Shown here: positions 28,689 through 38,427 of the stretch, piece by piece | How the letters are laid out: each line of letters opens with the position of its first letter | Position numbering within the stretch: the stretch's first letter is position 1 | From: Vicinamibacterales bacterium | GTDB lineage: Bacteria; Acidobacteriota; Vicinamibacteria; Vicinamibacterales; SCN-69-37 | Length of the DNA: 64,000 nucleotides | Assembly: GCA_046597705.1 (NCBI GenBank) | Contig: JBKJJZ010000126.1 | Span: 857 to 64,856, forward strand | Direction of reading: 5' to 3' | Program-made: the position numbers and the translations under genes | The notes under the pieces: generated by a model | The model's input: only the letters and a program-made list of their open reading frames with translations | What the model was told of the DNA's origin: nothing | Database searches by the model: none

Positions 28689-29594
28689 TCAGGGCTCCGT
28701 CAGGTATTCAAACAACCGCTGCAATTCCTCTTCGCTGGTGAAGTCCACTTCGATGCGTCCGCCCCGGCCCTTTCGGATGATTCGCGTGCGCGTGCCAAGC
28801 GCGAGCTTCAGTTGCTCTTCTGCGGCGCGAGTGTTCGCATCCACTCGAGGCGCAGGCGTCGCGTCCGGCTTCGGGGTCGTCCCGCTTCGCACCAGCGCCT
28901 CGGTTTCGCGCACCGACAGACCGCGCGCGATTACATCACGGCCCACGCGCCGTTGCGCGGCTTCGTCAGTGAGTGACAAAAGCGCCTTGGCGTGGCCCAT
29001 GGTGAGCGCGCCCTCCGATAGTGCGGTGCGGACTTCCGCGGGCAGTCGGAGCAGACGCATGTAGTTGGCAATGGTCGCCCGGTCTTTGCCAACCTGAGTG
29101 GCGATCGTTTCCTGCGACAGTTGCAGCTCGTCGGTCAGGCGTCGATACGCCTGGGCTTCCTCGATGGGATTGAGATCCTCGCGCTGAATATTTTCGATGA
29201 GGGCCACTTCGAGAAGCTTGTCGTCGGGCACATCACGGACCGCGACCGGCACCTTCAGCAGGCCGGCGCGTTGCGACGCACGCCATCGCCGCTCTCCCGC
29301 CACAATCTCGTACCGGCTGCCCTGTTCTCGGTCGCCATCGTCTGCAACGCGACGGACGACGATCGGTTGGATGACGCCGTTGGCGCGAATTGACTGTGCA
29401 AGTTCATCAAGACGGGCGTCGTCTATGTGGACGCGCGGCTGACGAGGGTTCGGTGTCAGCAAGTCGATGTCGAGTTCGGTGGGCCGTCCCCGATCAGGGA
29501 TCGATTGTTCGCGAGGCGGCGGAGGCGCGGTATCCCGAATCAGCGCGCTGAGGCCGCGGCCTAGTGCTGGGCGTTTGATCGCCATCGAATGCAA
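28689..29594 (-). CDS. parB: Chromosome partitioning protein ParB
   Basis: ParB box (GRGLSALI, IVAGERRWRAS) and an HTH region. Confidence 0.93.
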   Translation of the reverse strand: MHSMAIKRPALGRGLSALIRDTAPPPPREQSIPDRGRPTELDIDLLTPNPRQPRVHIDDARLDELAQSIRANGVIQPIVVRRVADDGDREQGSRYEIVAGERRWRASQRAGLLKVPVAVRDVPDDKLLEVALIENIQREDLNPIEEAQAYRRLTDELQLSQETIATQVGKDRATIANYMRLLRLPAEVRTALSEGALTMGHAKALLSLTDEAAQRRVGRDVIARGLSVRETEALVRSGTTPKPDATPAPRVDANTRAAEEQLKLALGTRTRIIRKGRGGRIEVDFTSEEELQRLFEYLTEP

Positions 29595-29599
29595 CTCCT

Positions 29600-30403
29600 T
29601 CAGGAACTGGCCGCGCCTGCCGCGGCGTAATCACGCGAGAGGAACTCGCGGGCGAGCGCAACGTACGCCTCCGCTCCGCGTGAGCGCGCGTCGTAGAGGA
29701 TCACGGGCACGCCGTGGCTTGGCGCTTCACCCAACCGGATGTTGCGGGGGATGACGGTGCGGAAGACCTGGTCGCCGAAGAACTCACGGATGCTTCCGCC
29801 GACCTGCTGGCCGAGGTTCGTGCGGTCGTCGTACATCGTGAGCAGCACGCCTTCAATGGCGAGCTTCGGATTGAGAGACTCGCGAACACGTTCCAGTGTG
29901 GACATCAGGTCTGCGATGCCTTCGAGCGCGAAGTACTCGCAGTTTAGCGGAATGAGCACCGTGTCTGCCGCCACGAGCGCGTTGAGCGTGAGCAGCCCGA
30001 GCGACGGCGGCGTGTCGATGAAGATGTAGTCGTAGTCCGGACGCAGCTGGTTGATGAACGTGCGCAGGCGCTGTTCGCGGTCGGCAAGAGCGACCAGTTC
30101 AATTTCCGCGCCGGTGAGATGTCGATCGGCGGGAACAAGAAACAGGTGATCGACGCCGGTCGGCAGGACGAAATCTCGCGCGGGCACGCCTTCGCTGGTC
30201 AGCGCGTCATAGACCGTGCCGGCCGCGGCCGTTTGCCCCTTCAACCCCACACCAGACGTGAGGTTCGCCTGCGGATCCAGGTCGACCAGCAGCACGCGCT
30301 GGTCCGCCATCGCGAGAGAAGCGCCCAGATTGATGGAGGTTGTGGTTTTGGCGACCCCCCCTTTCTGGTTTGAGACAGCGATAACGCGCGGTTGTTTGGT
30401 CAT
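29600..30403 (-). CDS. parA: Chromosome partitioning ATPase ParA/Soj
   Basis: Deviant Walker A NQKGGVAKTT; 267 aa; upstream of parB. Confidence 0.93.
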   Translation of the reverse strand: MTKQPRVIAVSNQKGGVAKTTTSINLGASLAMADQRVLLVDLDPQANLTSGVGLKGQTAAAGTVYDALTSEGVPARDFVLPTGVDHLFLVPADRHLTGAEIELVALADREQRLRTFINQLRPDYDYIFIDTPPSLGLLTLNALVAADTVLIPLNCEYFALEGIADLMSTLERVRESLNPKLAIEGVLLTMYDDRTNLGQQVGGSIREFFGDQVFRTVIPRNIRLGEAPSHGVPVILYDARSRGAEAYVALAREFLSRDYAAAGAASS

Positions 30404-30507
30404 ATAGCAAATTAATTAAATTGCGCCGTTTGACGCAGTAGCGATGATAGCAGACGGGGCCGTGCGGAGCACGGCTGCCAGGAGTAGTTTTCACTTGCCT
30501 GTAGTAC

Positions 30508-30600
30508 GTAGGGCGTGGCTTTAGCCGCGCCACTTCACGCGCCCTGAAGGACGCCTATGTATCGACCGCTTGGCGGCTAAGACATCTGAAAATGGCTCTA
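30508..30600. repeat. Composite repeat copy 1: degenerate REPIN (30508..30558) plus the extension ...GGCGGCTAAGACATCTGAAAATGGCTCTA
   Basis: Aligned by eye to the copies at 30791 and 30926. Confidence 0.75.
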
Positions 30601-30662
30601 GCGCTGGGCGCTGCTGGTAAAACTGCGTTTGCTGCTGATCGGGTCTGGGGCAACTGGAGCGA

Positions 30663-30678
30663 TGTTCCACGTGGAACG
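30663..30678. promoter_or_regulatory. parS: parS-like site TGTTCCACGTGGAACG (14-bp perfect palindrome GTTCCACGTGGAAC)
   Basis: It differs at two positions from the canonical TGTTNCACGTGAAACA, and it lies 260 bp upstream of parA. Confidence 0.6.
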
Positions 30679-30790
30679 TTGTAACTAGCGGAAAAGCGGG
30701 ATGCCAACAGAGCTGGATGCCCGGGTGGACCGCTACATTGAGATCGCGGCGAGCAAACCAGCCGCCAGCCGCAGTTGGCGCTGGGAAAGT

Positions 30791-30885
30791 GGCAGCCGGC
30801 TTTGGCCGCGCCAATTCACGGCGCCCCTGAAGGGACGCCCTACGTACCGCACCTCTGGCGGCTAGACATCTGAAAATGGCTCTAA
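30791..30885. repeat. Composite repeat copy 2: REPIN (head degenerate) plus the extension CGCACCTCTGGCGGCTAGACATCTGAAAATGGCTCTA
   Basis: Same orientation as copies 1 and 3. Confidence 0.75.
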
Positions 30886-30925
30886 CTGGAGTCCAGGCTG
30901 GCGAGCAGGCAGATGCTTGGATTAC

Positions 30926-31001
30926 ATAGGACGTGGCTTTGGCCGCGCCAATTCACGGCGCCCTGAAGGGACGCCCTACAAATCGCACCTTCTGGTGGCT
31001 A
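30926..31001. repeat. Composite repeat copy 3: REPIN (30926..30979) plus a partial extension CGCACCTTCTGGTGGCTA
   Basis: Aligned by eye. Confidence 0.75.
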
Positions 31002-31054
31002 CCTCCAGGGCCAGCAATCAATCAGAGCTGACTAATATCGTATAAGTTGTTTAT

Positions 31055-31711
31055 TTACAATAACTTATGAGTCTTTGTCAGGATCCAGAGCTGACTTCCC
31101 ATGGCCGGCACTAGATTCTCGGACTGCCCGGAAGTGAACGGTATTTGAAAGTCAGGCTTCTGAGACGCCTCAGCGCCAAACCAGAACAGTCGGCCGCCTG
31201 GCTTGAGAAACGCCTGGATTGCCATCAATAACCGCCGGTCAGGACGCACGGCTCGGACCGTGACGACATCAACGGCCTCGTGGTACTCAATTCGCGACAG
31301 CAGCTCTTCGACACGGCAGTTCTCGACTGAGGCATTCTTCAATCCCAGCTGGCGGACTACTTCCCGCAAGAACGCGCACTTGCGGACCTTCACCTCCACC
31401 ATCACCAGCCGCACATCGGGCGTCATGATGGCGAGCGGGATTGCCGGAGATCCGCCTCCGGTGCCCACATCGATGACCACGCGTTCCGCGGAACCAAGGC
31501 GCCGTGCGCCAAGCACCGGTTCGACGATGAGCCGGTCGGCGGCTTCATCAGACAGGGGATCGACGGGGAGGGCGGTCAGATTTATCTTTTTGTTCCATCG
31601 AGCGAGCAACTCGACGTAGGCCGCCAGGTTCGTGACCTGCTCGGACGAGGCTTTGCCACCGGCTTTGGTAATGCGCCTCGACAGGCGCGCGATGGTGTCC
31701 CGGTCAGCCAC
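31055..31711 (-). CDS. rsmG: 16S rRNA m7G527 methyltransferase RsmG (GidB)
   Basis: SAM motif [15 protein letters not shown], and a position downstream of mnmG. Confidence 0.9.
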   Translation of the reverse strand: MADRDTIARLSRRITKAGGKASSEQVTNLAAYVELLARWNKKINLTALPVDPLSDEAADRLIVEPVLGARRLGSAERVVIDVGTGGGSPAIPLAIMTPDVRLVMVEVKVRKCAFLREVVRQLGLKNASVENCRVEELLSRIEYHEAVDVVTVRAVRPDRRLLMAIQAFLKPGGRLFWFGAEASQKPDFQIPFTSGQSENLVPAMGSQLWILTKTHKLL

Positions 31712-33578
31712 TCACGCCATTGTCCGTGGGAACGCTCACCGGACGGTAGCGGGCGACCCGAGAGGCCACAATCGCGATGGCCGCCGGCGTCACACCTGGA
31801 ACCCGTCCGGCCTGACCAAGCGTGGCAGGACGAATCGCCGAAAGGCGCTCCACGATTTCGCGTGACAACCCGGGAACCGCGCCGTAGTCGAAGCCGGCGG
31901 GGATAACCCGCTCCTGCTGCGAAGCGACGCGCGCGCGCGACGCGTCGTGACGCTTGAGATACCCGCGATACTTGCACTCAGCCTCGAGTGTGGCGCCGTC
32001 GATCTCGCGCACGCGATCGGACTCGAAGGCGTAGCCGGCGGCAACGACCTGGTCGATCGACACCATGGGCCGGCCCAGGGCCTCGGCGGCGGTACTCGAC
32101 GCGCCACCAAGCAACACGCGAGTGCTCTCCGCGCGCGCCCGATTGCGTTCCAGACGAGAGCGCCGTTCCACGAACGCCTCCCAGCGCTCGTCGCGAATGA
32201 GGCCCGCATCACGACCGATCGGGGTGAGACGAAGATCGGCGTTGTCGATCCGCAACGTCAACCGATGCTCGGCCCGTGACGTGAACATCCGATACGGCTC
32301 GAGACAGCCGCGCGTCACGAGGTCTTCGATCAACACACCCATGTACGCCTGCTCGCGCCCGAGTATCACCGGCGCTTGAGCCGCGCTTCGCTTCGCGGCG
32401 TTGATGCCCGCCATCAGTCCCTGCGCCGCCGCCTCTTCGTAGCCCGACGTGCCATTGATCTGTCCTGCGAGAAACAGACCGGGCAGCCGTTTTGTCTCGA
32501 GCGACAGCTCCAGTTCTGTCGGCTGCACGAAGTCGTATTCCACCGCGTAAGCGTGCCGCAACAGCACCGCGTCCTCGAGCCCCGGCATCGCGTGCACGAT
32601 GGCTTCTTGAATTTCAGCGGGCAGACTCATCGACATGCCATTGACGTAGATCTCTTCGACGTCGAGGCCTTCCCGCTCGAGAAAGACCTGATGACGTTCC
32701 TTGTCGGGAAAGCGCATCACCTTGTCTTCGAGCGACGGACAGTATCGCGGGCCAACACCGGAGATGCGGCCGTTGTAGAGCGGCGATCGATCGATGTGCT
32801 TGCGGACCAGATCGTGAACCGCATCGGTGGTGTGCACGATGTGGCAGGACATCTGTGGGCGAACGATCTGTTTCGTTTCGAACGAGAACGGCACGGGCGG
32901 TTCGTCGCCGCGATCTTCCTGGAATCGCGAAAAATCAATGCTTCGCCGATCGAGCCTCGGCGGCGTGCCCGTCTTGAGGCGTCCCATCTCGAAGCCAAAC
33001 CCGCGCAGTGATTCCGCGAGTTGGTGCGTGGGCGGCTCGCCCGAGCGGCCCGAGGGTCTCTGCTCATCGCCGATGTGCACCAGGCCATTGAGGAACGTCC
33101 CGGTCGTGACGACCAATGCGCGGCACGTGACGTGACCTCCGTCCTCGAACTCCAGACCGCACACCTGGCCGGCGTCCACCATCACGCGGCCCGCGCGCCT
33201 GAAGATCCACGTGATGCCGCTCTCGGCTGTCAGCGCCTCGCGAATCCAGCGCCCGTACTCGCGTTTGTCTGCCTGAGCGCGCGGCGACCACACCGCCGGC
33301 CCGCGACTTCGATTGAGCAGTTTGAACTGCAGCCCCGTGGCATCGATCGCGCGGCCCATCAGTCCACCCAGTGCGTCGATCTCCCGAACGAGATGACCCT
33401 TGGCGGTGCCTCCGATTGCGGGATTGCAGGGCATCAGCGCCACGGTCTCCGGAGACAGCGTGCAGATGCCAACGCGACTTCCCATGCGCGCCGCAGCCCA
33501 TGCGGCCTCGACGCCGGCGTGGCCTGCGCCAATCACAATCACGTCGAATTCCGGCGCGCGGTGAAGTGTGCTGCTCAT
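31704..33578 (-). CDS. mnmG: tRNA uridine 5-carboxymethylaminomethyl modification enzyme MnmG (GidA)
   Basis: FAD motif [14 protein letters not shown]; 624 aa. Confidence 0.95.
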   Translation of the reverse strand: MSSTLHRAPEFDVIVIGAGHAGVEAAWAAARMGSRVGICTLSPETVALMPCNPAIGGTAKGHLVREIDALGGLMGRAIDATGLQFKLLNRSRGPAVWSPRAQADKREYGRWIREALTAESGITWIFRRAGRVMVDAGQVCGLEFEDGGHVTCRALVVTTGTFLNGLVHIGDEQRPSGRSGEPPTHQLAESLRGFGFEMGRLKTGTPPRLDRRSIDFSRFQEDRGDEPPVPFSFETKQIVRPQMSCHIVHTTDAVHDLVRKHIDRSPLYNGRISGVGPRYCPSLEDKVMRFPDKERHQVFLEREGLDVEEIYVNGMSMSLPAEIQEAIVHAMPGLEDAVLLRHAYAVEYDFVQPTELELSLETKRLPGLFLAGQINGTSGYEEAAAQGLMAGINAAKRSAAQAPVILGREQAYMGVLIEDLVTRGCLEPYRMFTSRAEHRLTLRIDNADLRLTPIGRDAGLIRDERWEAFVERRSRLERNRARAESTRVLLGGASSTAAEALGRPMVSIDQVVAAGYAFESDRVREIDGATLEAECKYRGYLKRHDASRARVASQQERVIPAGFDYGAVPGLSREIVERLSAIRPATLGQAGRVPGVTPAAIAIVASRVARYRPVSVPTDNGVSG

Positions 33579-34936
33579 TTGCCGATGCAGAACCGGCTGA
33601 AGATGTGGACCAACAGATCGTCGGAAGAGCGAGTGCGCGTCAGCGACTCCAACGCTTCTCTCGCATCACCCAACTCGGCAAGCACAAGTTCTTCGGTGGC
33701 TCCTTGATTCAAACCGTCCAGGCTTTGCTCCACCGCCACCAACGCGTGCTCCACTTGCTGCAAGTGTCGCAGGTTTGACAGACGCGGGGGATCCCGCCAG
33801 TCTTCGCCGGCGGCTCCCGACAATGCGGTAACAATCGCCGTACGCAGCGCGTCGAGTCCATCGCCGGTCGCTGCTGAGACAGCAAGCGGGCGCCCCGTTT
33901 CTCCAAATACGTCGTCGTCGATTGACCACGCAGGCGGCAAGTCGCCTTTGTTCGCGATCACCAGGCGCAGTCCACTGCCGTCACGCAACAGCCGCTCATC
34001 GTCTTCGCTGCGCGGCTGACTCTGGTCGAGGACCAGCAGCGTCAGCGCGGCTCCTTCGCGCGCACGTTCGGCTCGTTTCACGCCCTCTTGCTCGATCGCG
34101 TCGATCGATGCCCTCAGGCCGGCCGTGTCCACAAGCGTGATGGGAACACCGCACACATCGATTTGCTCGGTAAGCAGATCCCGCGTGGTGCCGGCGAGTG
34201 CCGTGACGATCGCGCGATTGGTGCCGACAAGCGCGTTGAAGAGGCTCGACTTTCCGACGTTGGGGCGGCCCGAGATGACCACCAGCCGGCCTTCTCGAAT
34301 CAGCCGGCCGCGCCGCCCATCACCGGCCAGGCGCGCCAGTTCGTCGCGTACGCGTTCGAGGTCGGCCGTGGCGACGTTGCGCGTGATGAAGTGAAAACCC
34401 TCGTCGGGAAAATCCAGCGACGCCTCCAGCTTGGCGACGAGTTCGAACAACTGCGCGTCGATGGCGTGAACCGCGGCGGTCAGCGTGCCTTCCAACTGGT
34501 CGAACGCCACTCGAGCCTGCAAGGGAGTCACGGCGTCGATGAGATCAGCCACGGCCTCAGCCTGTACGAGGTCGAGATGGCCATTGAGATAGGCGCGCAG
34601 TGTGAACTCGCCCGGCTGCGCGAGCCTGGCGCCGGCGTTGCACGCCAGCTCCACAATGGCCTGCAACACCCACGGACTGCCGTGACCACTAATCTCGATC
34701 ACGTCCTCACCGGTGTACGAATGAGGCGCAACGAACCATGTGACCACGACTTGATCGACGTGCGGAATTCTCGTCAGCGTCGCGTGTCGGGGTTGGAAGG
34801 GGCTGGGGCGCTCTGTCAGCTGTTGCGCGATACCCAATGCCTCCGGGCCCGACATTCGCACCACGCCAAGCCCGCCATGTCCGGGCGGCGTGGCAATCGC
34901 CACGATCGTGTCCGCCGTGGAGAAGAGTGCACCCAC
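33575..34936 (-). CDS. mnmE: tRNA modification GTPase MnmE (TrmE)
   Basis: G-domain [14 protein letters not shown] and a C-terminal CIGK. Confidence 0.95.
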   Translation of the reverse strand: MGALFSTADTIVAIATPPGHGGLGVVRMSGPEALGIAQQLTERPSPFQPRHATLTRIPHVDQVVVTWFVAPHSYTGEDVIEISGHGSPWVLQAIVELACNAGARLAQPGEFTLRAYLNGHLDLVQAEAVADLIDAVTPLQARVAFDQLEGTLTAAVHAIDAQLFELVAKLEASLDFPDEGFHFITRNVATADLERVRDELARLAGDGRRGRLIREGRLVVISGRPNVGKSSLFNALVGTNRAIVTALAGTTRDLLTEQIDVCGVPITLVDTAGLRASIDAIEQEGVKRAERAREGAALTLLVLDQSQPRSEDDERLLRDGSGLRLVIANKGDLPPAWSIDDDVFGETGRPLAVSAATGDGLDALRTAIVTALSGAAGEDWRDPPRLSNLRHLQQVEHALVAVEQSLDGLNQGATEELVLAELGDAREALESLTRTRSSDDLLVHIFSRFCIGK

Positions 34937-34950
34937 TGCGGTTGATCCGG

Positions 34951-35412
34951 CTACGACTGGGCGGCGGAGGAAATGACCACGGTTTTCAGGAAGGCGTCAC
35001 CGATGCTCTCGGAACTCATGCCTGGCACGTCAGCCACCACCAGGTGCACCAGTCGCCGCGCGTACGGGTTGAGCGGCCCCATCTCCTGCGGCACGCCCGA
35101 TGTGCGCGCGGTCTCGATCAGCGTCCTGGCGGTCTCGCGCAGTTCGTCGTCCTTCCCCTTGCGGAACGCCAGCGCGTCCACGAGATAGTGGCGATCGCCT
35201 CTCTCTTCGCGGCGGAACGCGGTGTTGACGATGACCTGGAGTGCGTCGAGTGTTTCTCCCTGCCGGCGAAGTAATGTCTCGGCGCCGTCGCCGGTGACAT
35301 TGACGCGAATGGCATCGGGTGTTTCCTCGAGGGCCACGTCGACCGTCAGCCCCATGGCACCCAGCACATCCGTGAGGAAATCCGTTACTCGCGCGTCCAG
35401 TGTGTCAGTCAT
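34951..35412 (-). CDS. jag: KH/R3H RNA-binding protein Jag (KhpB)
   Basis: C-terminal R3H-like segment (PLNPYARRLVHLVV), and a position downstream of yidC. The start is set at MTDTLDA (35412). Confidence 0.75.
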   Translation of the reverse strand: MTDTLDARVTDFLTDVLGAMGLTVDVALEETPDAIRVNVTGDGAETLLRRQGETLDALQVIVNTAFRREERGDRHYLVDALAFRKGKDDELRETARTLIETARTSGVPQEMGPLNPYARRLVHLVVADVPGMSSESIGDAFLKTVVISSAAQS

Positions 35413-35440
35413 CGCTTCTCGTCCTTTGTGCCTGCCGTAA

Positions 35441-37180
35441 CTACTGGCCCTGAGCTTTGGGCGTCGCCGCGCTTCCAGCTGACTTCGCCCGGCGTTCGGC
35501 ACTGGTTCCGCCGCCGCCCGTGCGCGTCGGCGCGGTGATCAAGTGGTTCGTCAGGTACTGCTGTCCTATGGTCATGATGTTACTCATCAGCCAGTAGATG
35601 ACAAGGCCCGCGGGCGCCCACAGGAACATGACGGTGAAGATAATCGGCATGAACATGAAGATTTTCTGCTGTGCCGGATCCGCCGTCGTGGGAGTCATCC
35701 GCTGCTGCACGAACATCGACGCGCCCATGAGCACCGGCGTGATGAACAACGGATCCATCCTGGCCAGGTCATGGATCCAGCCGAAGAAGGGCGCGCCTCG
35801 AAGCTCAATCGCCACGGCGAGCATCGCGTAGAAGCCGAATAGCACCGGCATGGTCAGCAGCATGGGCACGCAGCCGCTGGCCGGGTTGACGCCCTTCTGT
35901 TTGTAGAGCGCCATTGTCTCCGTGTTCATCTTCTGCCGCTCGGGATCGGTGAGCTTGAACTTCTCGTAGCGCTTCTGGATGGCTTTGATTTCCGGCTGGA
36001 TCTCCTGCATCTTGCGCATCGAGACCATGCTGCGATGGCGCAGCGGAAACATGACAGCGTTGAGCAGAATCGTGAGGATGATGATCGACCACCCGAAGTT
36101 GCCAATGTAGCCGTTGATCCACTTCAGCGATTGCAGCAGCGGCACCACCAGCCACGCGAACATGCCGAAATCGATCGCGCGCACGAACTGGCCGTCCACC
36201 GACTTCAGGATGTCGAAGTCCTTGGGGCCCAGGAAGAAGGGCAAGTTCATCGCCCCGGTGGTCGAAACGCTGTACGCCACAAACGTTCGCTGGACCACGC
36301 CCGTGGCTTTGGCATCGGCCTCGAGTGTGGGCAACACCAGCGGCTGGAACTCGACTTTCACAGAGCGCGTGCCCGGCACGGCGGCCGAGATGAAGTAGTG
36401 GTCTCCCACTCCGGCAAAGCGAAGGTTGCCGTCGTACACGGCTTGCTCCAGCAGCTTGCTGGCGCTGGGCCGTTGGACGCTGCCGTCCTTGTGGAAGACC
36501 GCGGCCGGCGGATACGCCGTGGTCATGCGGCCCCCGGTGGTATAGCCAAGTCCGAGCGCGGGGCCCATTCTGATCGTCACGGGACGAGCCACGCCCTGCA
36601 CGTCAATGGAGGCGTCCACACTGAGCACGTACGGATGTCCGTCGGGCTGAAAGTGGAAACTCTTTCGAGCAGCCAGGCCGGAGGCGTCCTGATACTCGAA
36701 GCTCAGCGTGCCGGGCGACGAACCCAGCGACAAGGGACCGTCGGCGCTCGGACGGAATTTCGCCGTCAGCAGCACGGCGGAGAACGCGTCCTGATCGGTG
36801 GCCAGCGTGAACGGCCGTGGAAAATTTTCCGGCAGGCCCGCGGGCACAAGCTCGAGGGGTTCGCCCATCACGTCGTAGTACTTCTTCAACCGCCAGCTCT
36901 TCAAAGACGCGCCTTCAGTGGTGAAGACGGCGCGCACAGTATCGGTTTCCACGACGATGTCTCTGGCTGACGTGTCACCCACGACCGTGGCGGGCAGGGG
37001 CGTTGTAACGCCCGCCTGAGGGGCGCCAGGCGGCGACAGCGCCGGTTGGTTGGCCTGAGGGGTAACCATCGGCGACGCGACAGGCGGAGGAGCCGGCGGC
37101 GGTGGGGGAACGATGTAGGTCTGATAGACCGCCAGGATCCCGAAGGACAAGAAGATTGCGAGGAAGACGCGTTTTTCCAT
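35441..37180 (-). CDS. yidC: Membrane protein insertase YidC
   Basis: N-terminal TM helix, a large periplasmic domain, and the conserved 60-kDa insertase C-terminal core (GCVPMLLTMPVLFGFY...). The start is set at MEKRVFLAIF (37180). Confidence 0.93.
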   Translation of the reverse strand: MEKRVFLAIFLSFGILAVYQTYIVPPPPPAPPPVASPMVTPQANQPALSPPGAPQAGVTTPLPATVVGDTSARDIVVETDTVRAVFTTEGASLKSWRLKKYYDVMGEPLELVPAGLPENFPRPFTLATDQDAFSAVLLTAKFRPSADGPLSLGSSPGTLSFEYQDASGLAARKSFHFQPDGHPYVLSVDASIDVQGVARPVTIRMGPALGLGYTTGGRMTTAYPPAAVFHKDGSVQRPSASKLLEQAVYDGNLRFAGVGDHYFISAAVPGTRSVKVEFQPLVLPTLEADAKATGVVQRTFVAYSVSTTGAMNLPFFLGPKDFDILKSVDGQFVRAIDFGMFAWLVVPLLQSLKWINGYIGNFGWSIIILTILLNAVMFPLRHRSMVSMRKMQEIQPEIKAIQKRYEKFKLTDPERQKMNTETMALYKQKGVNPASGCVPMLLTMPVLFGFYAMLAVAIELRGAPFFGWIHDLARMDPLFITPVLMGASMFVQQRMTPTTADPAQQKIFMFMPIIFTVMFLWAPAGLVIYWLMSNIMTIGQQYLTNHLITAPTRTGGGGTSAERRAKSAGSAATPKAQGQ

Positions 37181-37197
37181 GTGGATGACGGGAGTTG

Positions 37198-37446
37198 TCA
37201 GGGACGGGTCGAGCGCAGGTTGCCGGGCACGGGATCGAGGCCGTGCGGGCCAAACGGATGACACTTCATGACGCGGCGCGCGGCAAGCCGGCCCCCGGCA
37301 AACAGTCCGTGCTGCTCAATCGCCTGGATGGCATACGCCGAACACGACGGTTCGAACCGGCAGGCGCCGCCGATAAATGGCGAGAGCAGCAGTTGATACG
37401 CGTGGACCAGAGCCACTCCAATGCGTGACGTCCGGGAGACAGGCAT
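37198..37446 (-). CDS. yidD: Membrane protein insertion efficiency factor YidD
   Basis: CRFEPSCSAYA motif; 82 aa; 1-nt overlap with the rnpA stop. Confidence 0.9.
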   Translation of the reverse strand: MPVSRTSRIGVALVHAYQLLLSPFIGGACRFEPSCSAYAIQAIEQHGLFAGGRLAARRVMKCHPFGPHGLDPVPGNLRSTRP

Positions 37447-37808
37447 CAGACGTGCCCCCTGATCCTGCGAACGGCCGATGTGAATTCGGCATCCACCATC
37501 GCAAAGGATGCCTCAAGGATGGCGCGGCGGGGAATGGCTACCAAATCAAGTCCTTTGAGTCCGCGCTCTCCAGCAGTATCCGGCTCCTGCCGCCGGAAGA
37601 TTTCACGCAGGCGTCGTTTCGCGCGATTGCGCGCTACGGCGTTTCCAAACTTGCGGGAAGCAATGAGGCCCAATCGATCACATGGCCGGCTGTTGGCGAT
37701 CCCCAGCACGGTCACGTATTTCGTTGCCACTCGATGTCCATGCTCCTGAACAGCCAGAAACTCAGGCCGGGCCTTGAGGCGAACCGTCGAGCTGAACCGC
37801 AGTGACAT
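37446..37808 (-). CDS. rnpA: RNase P protein component
   Basis: The basic RNR-like motif (VARNRAKRRLRE), and a position downstream of rpmH. Confidence 0.9.
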   Translation of the reverse strand: MSLRFSSTVRLKARPEFLAVQEHGHRVATKYVTVLGIANSRPCDRLGLIASRKFGNAVARNRAKRRLREIFRRQEPDTAGERGLKGLDLVAIPRRAILEASFAMVDAEFTSAVRRIRGHV

Positions 37809-37839
37809 GGAGGCGCCACGACGCGCCGATCTGTTCCCG

Positions 37840-37983
37840 CTAGCGGGTGGAAACCGTCAGGCGCTTGCGCCCTTTGGCCCGACGACGTTTGAGAACCAGC
37901 CGGCCGTTTTTCGTGCGCATCCGCACGATGAACCCATGCGTGCGACGACGGCGACGGACGTTGGGTTGAAAAGTACGCTTCAT
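37840..37983 (-). CDS. rpmH: 50S ribosomal protein L34
   Basis: [18 protein letters not shown]..., 47 aa. The start is set at ATG 37983. Confidence 0.95.
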   Translation of the reverse strand: MKRTFQPNVRRRRRTHGFIVRMRTKNGRLVLKRRRAKGRKRLTVSTR

Positions 37984-38078
37984 CAGACTCCCTCTCGGAG
38001 TGTCCCTGTAACTCTCAGAGAAACACAAATGCTATCGGACTGGGGAAAAGCCTGTCAACGTACGCCGGCAGTTAAAAC

Positions 38079-38103
38079 GCAGGGCGTGGCTTTAGCCGCG
38101 CCA
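38079..38103. repeat. Single REP-family hairpin (GCAG head) GGCGTGGCTTTAGCCGCGCC
   Basis: It matches the GGC/GCC-type hairpin of the doublets, and lies in the rpmH-dnaA spacer. Confidence 0.7.
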
Positions 38104-38192
38104 CTTTCTGAGGGCTCCGGCTCCGGCGAAGCGTATGCTAGAGTCTCCGGCCCCGGAAGCCAAGGACCAATCAAAGCAGGAGCGGGAGGGAG

Positions 38193-38224
38193 TTTTCCAC
38201 AGGTGTGGAAAAAGCTGTGGAAAA
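38193..38224. promoter_or_regulatory. Cluster of three DnaA-box-like 9-mers (TTTTCCACA, TGTGGAAAA, TGTGGAAAA) upstream of dnaA
   Basis: Each differs by 1 nt from the TTATCCACA consensus. The three sit within 32 bp, about 200 bp upstream of the dnaA start. Confidence 0.65.
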
Positions 38225-38427
38225 CCGAGGGTTTTTGATATCTCAGGCCTGAAAACGCCGTAGTTGCGGACTTCTTTGGGGGCGAAAGTCCGGAAATCCA
38301 AGCGGTACAAGCCTTTTCAGGGCGCGGTTTTGGAAAGACCCCAGCGGAGTAAGGCAAGGCGCGTGGCGAAAGTCTAAAAACGCCCGTGTGACAAGGGTTT
38401 TGCGGAAAAAAGTCGGCTAGGCGGAAA

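Noticed and set aside
30521-30814. 97-aa minus-strand ORF in the rsmG-parA spacer
   Set aside because: It is assembled from repeat copies and the parS region. It has no RBS and an implausible composition.
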